Source: Methanothrix sp. (lineage in GTDB: Archaea > Halobacteriota > Methanosarcinia > Methanotrichales > Methanotrichaceae). Taken from it: 64,000 bases of DNA. Both the position numbers and the translations under genes were made by a program. The DNA is taken from assembly GCA_037128175.1 (NCBI GenBank), contig JBAXWY010000005.1, forward strand, positions 40,945 to 104,944. Reading direction: 5' to 3'. How positions within the stretch are numbered: position 1 is the stretch's first letter; every line of letters begins with the position of its first letter. This document shows positions 58,547-64,000 of the stretch, in pieces. A model generated the notes under the pieces. The model searched no databases. It was not told the origin of the DNA and was given only the letters and a program-made list of their open reading frames with translations.

Positions 58547-60493
58547 CTAGCTTGCTTTCCCTTTATCCAGATCTTCAAGCTGATTCACTCTGAGCTTCAC
58601 CATGTCCATGGCATCTTCGAAAAGCTTCCTGTTGATCTCGATGCCAAAGTACTTTTTGAGCTTTTCGGGCGGAGTCATGGAAGTGCCTGCCGACAGATAA
58701 GCGACATATTTCTCGTTGAACTCCGCTGGATCCTCCTTATACATCTTGAAGAGTGACAGGGTTATGGCCTCGGATAGAGCATAGTTGAAGGTGTAATAGT
58801 TATCCGTGAAGTAGATGTGGCTTACATAAGTCCATCTGGGCTCGCTCTGCGGGTAATAGGCAACCTTATCGCTCTTATACTCATTCTCTAGGCTTGTCCA
58901 AAGGACGTTCAGATCCGAACCGCTCACGTTGCCATTCTGGCTGACAAGCTGATGGGCCTTGTGTTCGAACTCGGTGATCATGGTCTGGAAGGTGAATAAA
59001 TTGACATAACCGCTGATATGGTTGGCCAGAATCGCTATGGCCGTATCTCTATCGTAGTTCTTGATGACATAATCGACGAAGAGCTCCTCATTGAAGGTGG
59101 ATGGTATCTCCATTTCATAGATCGTGCCTCCGCAATAGAGATAATCCACAGACTGTCCCATGAGGTAAAAGTCGATTGCATGGCCCATCTCATGAGCTAT
59201 AGTGGATTTGTCATCTATCAGCCCATTATAGTTCAGGAATACGAGCGCAGGGCGCTTCAGAGCACATAGATCTTGAGCATACTGTATGGATTGTTTTCCA
59301 TGATCGGGATTCGGATAGACATCCACAGATTTACTGGTGACGGTCTTTATAAAGGTCTGGTCGAATGCCGGGTCCATTTGGGCAAGGGACGCCTGGATTT
59401 CCTTTAGGGCATCCGTGTAGTTAGTTTTCTTGTCAGGGTTCTTCATGAGCTGGAGGAATAAGTCGTAGGGCGCCAGCCGATCCACTACCATCTTGGCCCT
59501 TCGGAACTCATAGTATCCATCGAAATCTCCTTTTCGCTCCTTGAATACATGGTTCATATCATCTACTTGTGATGCATTTAGATATGAGTCAAACATCATG
59601 GCATCATAGGCATCGGAGTAGTTCAGCTCCTGGGCGTACTCATCGTCAAGTTTCGATTTATTGACGTAGACGGCTCCCATCCCGGCAGACTCATTGAACA
59701 GATGATAATATCGCAGGTCATAGCACTTTTTCCTGTCGTTTCTGTCTGCATTCGTCATGAGAAGATCGTAATAAGACGAGGAGTTAATGGCAAACTGCTT
59801 ACCGTTGCTGAGAGTTATGTTCCCTGCTTGGGTTACATTATTGGTGATCAGCTTCTCGGCGTTGGTATCAAGTTTCATGAGCTGATTTGAGAGGTCTGCC
59901 AGATATGCAGCCTGAGTCTCGTTCTTGGGACGGTGATCAATATACCGTATGTAGTGGGCTTCCAGATATGGTCGGTATTTCTCCAATAAGGGCTCCTCTG
60001 CAAAGAGTCTGTCCCATTTCGATCTCGGCAGCGATTTCAGCAACACATCGGCAAAGGAGGTGGCCTTAGTGTATTCAGTTGACAGATTCTGGACATCGGA
60101 GAGGAAGGCCTGGAAGAACTCGTCATTAACGTTCAGGCTGTTCTGTGCATTGGCATAAGCGTATAGAACGCTCAGTGATTTGGAAAAGTTTTCATCACTC
60201 TCGATGTAATCAAGAAGCACGGTCCCGGTCAGGTTATCAAACTTTGATCGGAAAGTCTGGTTGATCTGCTCGTAGGCCAGGTTCTGCCTCTGATACTCTG
60301 CCTTTGCAGCGTCTTTGTCCTGGTAGAGAAATGATAGGTCCCAAGAGGTGGTGATATTGCTGACATTAAGACTTTGGGATGTAATATTTCCGGAGGTATT
60401 CAAAGACGGAGCGGCTTCTACCGGAGCTGCAAGGATAGTTGCTGCAGCGATAGATATGACGGCTATCATGCCGACAAGTGTAATGCAATTCAT
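58547..60493 (-). CDS. Secreted M3B oligoendopeptidase F-like metallopeptidase
   Basis: WDLSFLY, LAPYDL, HEMGH zinc motif, EIPSTFNE, HIY..YYTFNYA; signal peptide. Confidence 0.88.
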   Translation of the reverse strand: MNCITLVGMIAVISIAAATILAAPVEAAPSLNTSGNITSQSLNVSNITTSWDLSFLYQDKDAAKAEYQRQNLAYEQINQTFRSKFDNLTGTVLLDYIESDENFSKSLSVLYAYANAQNSLNVNDEFFQAFLSDVQNLSTEYTKATSFADVLLKSLPRSKWDRLFAEEPLLEKYRPYLEAHYIRYIDHRPKNETQAAYLADLSNQLMKLDTNAEKLITNNVTQAGNITLSNGKQFAINSSSYYDLLMTNADRNDRKKCYDLRYYHLFNESAGMGAVYVNKSKLDDEYAQELNYSDAYDAMMFDSYLNASQVDDMNHVFKERKGDFDGYYEFRRAKMVVDRLAPYDLFLQLMKNPDKKTNYTDALKEIQASLAQMDPAFDQTFIKTVTSKSVDVYPNPDHGKQSIQYAQDLCALKRPALVFLNYNGLIDDKSTIAHEMGHAIDFYLMGQSVDYLYCGGTIYEMEIPSTFNEELFVDYVIKNYDRDTAIAILANHISGYVNLFTFQTMITEFEHKAHQLVSQNGNVSGSDLNVLWTSLENEYKSDKVAYYPQSEPRWTYVSHIYFTDNYYTFNYALSEAITLSLFKMYKEDPAEFNEKYVAYLSAGTSMTPPEKLKKYFGIEINRKLFEDAMDMVKLRVNQLEDLDKGKAS

Positions 60494-60689
60494 CTTCTTG
60501 CTCCCTATTAAATTAAGTATCGGATTTTTGATCTGTGAGTGCTATAGTCGTTTCTTCTTAAAACCTTTTGGCTAGATGGTTGCAGAAGGATCGGGGTAAG
60601 AGATTAATGTAATGAGTTCCGGAAGGCTCACGAAGTGCATCTCAGGATATGAAATCTAATGCCAATGGAACCAGAAGAGAGGCGGAGCC

Positions 60690-60812
60690 ATGTTATGTCT
60701 TGTCTGTAATGGCTCTGGCAAAGTGATAACTGGCTATGGAGTTGTTTGCACTGAACTCGTGGAGAAGGTAGAGAAATGCCCTGAATGCAAAGGCAAGGGC
60801 TATTTGGACTAA
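60690..60812 (+). CDS. 40 aa DnaJ-type zinc-finger microprotein
   Basis: Manual translation MLCLVCNGSGKVITGYGVVCTELVEKVEKCPECKGKGYLD*; two CxxCxGxG motifs; GGAG RBS upstream. Confidence 0.7.
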   Translation: MLCLVCNGSGKVITGYGVVCTELVEKVEKCPECKGKGYLD

Positions 60813-60922
60813 ACAAGGAACGCTAAAAGTATTCATTAGACCCCGTCCTAGGATTAGACCGAGGTCTATTCAAGGATGCAGATCCATTTTTATAAGGAGT
60901 TAGCCTTTCCACTCCGGCCTCC

Positions 60923-61108
60923 TTATAGCTTCAAGAACTGATCGTACCTCTCACGTTTGGCTTCATCGGCTAGATGCAGGTATCGCATGTTTGTCTTTAT
61001 GTCGTTATGGCGGAGGACGTGCTGGATAGTTAAGAGATCGCAGCCATTTTGGACCATTATTGATGCTGGCGTGTGCCTAAATAATACGTGGGCACCACCA
61101 GGCTTATT
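60923..61108 (-). pseudogene. C-terminal remnant of a second tyrosine integrase
   Basis: NKPGGAHVLFRHTPASIMVQNGCDLLTIQHVLRHNDIKTNMRYLHLADEAKRERYDQFLKL* is paralogous to the C-terminus of 62741-63616. Confidence 0.88.
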
Positions 61109-61110
61109 TC

Positions 61111-61146
61111 TAAAAGCAATACCTGAAGCTTGCTGCGCAGGTGCGC
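61111..61146. repeat. REP-like hairpin remnant related to 10391-10526
   Basis: aaagcaatacc..agcttgctgcgcaggtgcgc; sits at the truncation point of the integrase remnant. Confidence 0.65.
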
Positions 61147-61213
61147 TGTTTGAATTCCGGTAGCAAAAAAAAAATGCGACTAATCGGCAGCTTAAACGAG
61201 ATATATTGACTGC

Positions 61214-61921
61214 CTATACGCTGGATTCGTCCAGGGCTTGCCCAGGAAGTTCCTTTGCCTTGGCGTATGCAGCCTCCGATCCGGTCTGGTTGCCCAGTGC
61301 CTTCAAGATATCGCCCCTGTGAATCCAACCTATCGAATCTAAGGGTGTTAGCTCCAGAGCTCTGTCTATGTACTGGAGGGCTTCATCATTCTTACCAAGT
61401 TTTTCCAGAGCAACTGCCTTCGTGTCAAGAGTCGCTGCAAGGTCTTCGTTTAGAAGCTCAATTGCTTTATCGGCGTAGTTTATCGACTCCTCGTACTGAT
61501 CCTGCTTGTAGAGTAACCAGGCTTTATCGTTCCAGGCCATGGCATTGTTGGGATCTATCTCAAGTGCGATATCGTAAGCGTTTCTTGACCCATTGAAATC
61601 GCCCAGACCGTGGAGGGCAACGCCTTTGCCGACCCATGCCCTGACGTAGTTCGGGTCTAGACTCAAGGCTGTGTCAAAGCTTATTATTGACTCGTTATAC
61701 TTGCCAATCTTCCAAAGGGATTCGCCTTTCCCAGCCAGTGCGGCTATGTGCGATTCATTGATCTTAAGGGCCTTATCATAAGCCTGGATGGAATCATTGA
61801 ATTTATACTGCTGTAGGAGCTCATTGCCTTGGGCGGTCCAATACACGCTGGTGTTGTCTTCTTCGCTTGTTGCCAAGGAGATAGATATGGCCAACATAAC
61901 TAAGATTAAGAGGGCTTTCAT
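61214..61921 (-). CDS. Secreted TPR-repeat protein
   Basis: Signal peptide plus about 6 TPRs. Confidence 0.85.
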   Translation of the reverse strand: MKALLILVMLAISISLATSEEDNTSVYWTAQGNELLQQYKFNDSIQAYDKALKINESHIAALAGKGESLWKIGKYNESIISFDTALSLDPNYVRAWVGKGVALHGLGDFNGSRNAYDIALEIDPNNAMAWNDKAWLLYKQDQYEESINYADKAIELLNEDLAATLDTKAVALEKLGKNDEALQYIDRALELTPLDSIGWIHRGDILKALGNQTGSEAAYAKAKELPGQALDESSV

Positions 61922-62059
61922 AAATTCACCTTAGTGCTTATTTAGGGTTGTTCGGTAGAAAAAGTTTATGGTAAATGTGTTTAGTTGTTTTACTTTTTCT
62001 TTAATGTTTGGATTCGAAACATTACTGGATTCAAAATAGCCAAGCCAGCTCATTATCCA

Positions 62060-62584
62060 CTAAAATCCAACTCTTTCAACATGAACAGAGTCCAGCATGG
62101 CCTTGACGTCTTTCATTTCCCAATTTTGGTTGCCCTGCATTTCGATTAATGTGCTAGCATTAGTTATCCAGTAGCCAGATGCCCAGTGCAGATTGCCAAA
62201 AGAATCTTTGCTTGTTACCAGAAAACCTTGATGACCATCAATCGTTTTATTATTTTGTGTTACGGATGCATATGTCATGTTTTCATAAGAGGATACTATG
62301 AATGATACAAGATTATCCAGATTAATTTGTGAAGATGTTGGCCGATAGAATGTGCAAATCTCGATTAGACCACACTCATCTCCACTTTGGTTGATTAAGC
62401 TCAAATTATAAATAACATGGTTTGCATAATAGGTGGGATTTAATCGAGAAATATTCATTTCTTCGGTCGTGGTTAGGTCAAAACTGACCAAATAGGGTCC
62501 GCATTTTTGACTCTCCAACACCGCGAAAGCTGGCAATGTCAGTGCCATAATCGATAAAAGAACCGGAATAAGAGAGCGACTCAT
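62060..62584 (-). CDS. Secreted hypothetical protein
   Basis: Signal peptide from ATG 62584; GPYLVSFD..TIDGHQG..SVHV pattern. Confidence 0.65.
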   Translation of the reverse strand: MSRSLIPVLLSIMALTLPAFAVLESQKCGPYLVSFDLTTTEEMNISRLNPTYYANHVIYNLSLINQSGDECGLIEICTFYRPTSSQINLDNLVSFIVSSYENMTYASVTQNNKTIDGHQGFLVTSKDSFGNLHWASGYWITNASTLIEMQGNQNWEMKDVKAMLDSVHVERVGF

Positions 62585-62740
62585 ATGATAGGATCCTCGC
62601 CACAATTCGTTGGGTCTGGGTCTGTCCATATCGCATTACAAGAGTTAAGCATTGGTATATTCCTTCTTAGATCCTCTTTGCCTATTTGAGCCTATCGCAA
62701 GGTGAATCTCTCGAATCTACCATAATTGGATCGTTTCCAA

Positions 62741-63616
62741 TCAAATCTTTAAATATTGACTGTGTTTTTGTCTCATGACCTCATCACTAATGTGGAGATA
62801 TCTTGCAGTCGTTGTGATGTCCTTATGCCTCATTAGACCTTTTACGGTCATGATATCACATCCATTCTTTATCAGAATGCTAGCAGGTGAATGTCTCCCG
62901 AATACATGAACCCCACCGACTTTATCAACTCCTGCTTTTTTCTTATAAATTGTAAACATTCGGTGAACGTCTGCACGATGCCATCGCCTCATGTAGTCTG
63001 TTATGAATAGCGGTTTTTTGTTATCTATTATTATGGTGGGTCTAATGGCTAGGTATTCTTTGACTACCCTTGCGACTTCTGGATTTAGCGGAATCAATGC
63101 TTCTCTTCCCCATTTACCATCCTTTATTCGTAAGGACATAGCTTTGAAATCTACGTCTTCGTCATTCAAGTTGCAGAGTTCAGAGACGCGCAAACACTCA
63201 TAGAACATAGTGACAAGCATTGCATAATGCTTTACGTTTCCGCATGCACAAAAGATCTTATTTACATCTTCTTCATCGAAATAGAATGGAATGGTGTCAT
63301 TCGGTTTGAGATAATTGAACTCAACCGGCCTCCCTATCATCAGATGATATTTGCGTGTCGCGAAGCCATAATTATTCATTGTATTTCTTGCTAATCGCTT
63401 ATCTTGGAGGTAATCGCGAAACTCGGCAAAGTTTTTTTCTGTTGGTTGATCTGTTTGCGAGAACTCCAAATATTTCTTGCATCGAAATAGATAGCTCTCA
63501 ATTGTTGGAGTACTAAAGCCCAAATTTTCTAAATAGCGTTGAAATTTCCGAAGTGCTGGTTCAAGATCGGCCTTTTTAGCATCTCTGCTCCAATCTACCT
63601 TTAATTGTTTTCGCAT
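62741..63616 (-). CDS. Tyrosine recombinase/integrase
   Basis: N-terminal SAM-like domain; LRVSEL (R), GKWG (K), HVFGRH, RH, TARYLH (Y); probable start ATG 63616. Confidence 0.92.
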   Translation of the reverse strand: MRKQLKVDWSRDAKKADLEPALRKFQRYLENLGFSTPTIESYLFRCKKYLEFSQTDQPTEKNFAEFRDYLQDKRLARNTMNNYGFATRKYHLMIGRPVEFNYLKPNDTIPFYFDEEDVNKIFCACGNVKHYAMLVTMFYECLRVSELCNLNDEDVDFKAMSLRIKDGKWGREALIPLNPEVARVVKEYLAIRPTIIIDNKKPLFITDYMRRWHRADVHRMFTIYKKKAGVDKVGGVHVFGRHSPASILIKNGCDIMTVKGLMRHKDITTTARYLHISDEVMRQKHSQYLKI

Positions 63617-63693
63617 TATATGTCGCCACCCATATAACGCAGAGAAAGAGAATTCCGTAACCCTTTTAGGATGTTTGAGCAAAAACCGATATC

Positions 63694-63768
63694 TGGTGCG
63701 GCTGCCGGGATTCGAACCCGGGTTACAGGCTTGGGAAGCCTATGTCATAACCGCTGGACCACAGCCGC
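63694..63768 (-). tRNA. tRNA-Gly(CCC) with encoded CCA
   Basis: Identical body to 57687-57758, followed by CCA. Confidence 0.95.
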
Positions 63769-64000
63769 TCTATGACTTTGATATTTTGATGTGCCTTTAG
63801 CAGTGGATAGTGATTCTTGCTTTTTCCTGATTCGCTGCCATTTTAGGCGATGCAGCTTCTCGTATTTAAAGGTTCTAGCTACCAGATTTAAAAGCTGTGT
63901 CATATTGCTCTAAAATTTTGCATAATATGCGATTGTGCAGCTATCATCCTACATTCCGCACTTTCAATCCATCCTGTAATAATTTTCGCATTCTCGGCCC

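Larger units (their letters stand above)
57687..63796. mobile_element. ~6 kb integrative element in tRNA-Gly(CCC) bounded by ~99 bp direct repeats
   Basis: 57687-57785 matches 63697-63796 (one indel); tyrosine integrase next to the right repeat; lower GC. Confidence 0.9.

Overview
Archaeal chromosomal window, most likely from a Methanothrix (Methanosaeta)-like methanogen. This is inferred from methanogenesis markers 2 and 4/mtxX, PolD DP2, SMC-ScpA, the rps19e-rpl39e-rpl31e-eIF6-rplLX-pfdA-ftsY cluster, FEN1, Dph2 and aroA'. GC-rich core blocks alternate with AT-richer accessory patches. These patches hold a type I RM system with an embedded AbiJ/HEPN-like gene, a DarT-DarG pair next to an EVE-PD-(D/E)XK-TPR protein, decayed type III RM and VapBC loci, a HEPN pair and a metallophosphoesterase fused to an aegerolysin-like domain. 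There is also a ~6 kb tyrosine-integrase element bounded by a ~99 bp direct repeat that contains an entire tRNA-Gly(CCC). The most unusual signal is at DNA level. Cargo blocks downstream of mtxX are separated by two decayed copies of the mtxX 3' region (13311-13553, 17552-17727). An AT-rich motif, (A)TAATAGTAAT, lies inside mtxX as four rare Leu codons and recurs on the same strand at other accessory boundaries (30961, 38921, 39981). This suggests a possible cassette-acquisition or integration-hotspot system. All alignments and family calls were made by eye, with no database searches.
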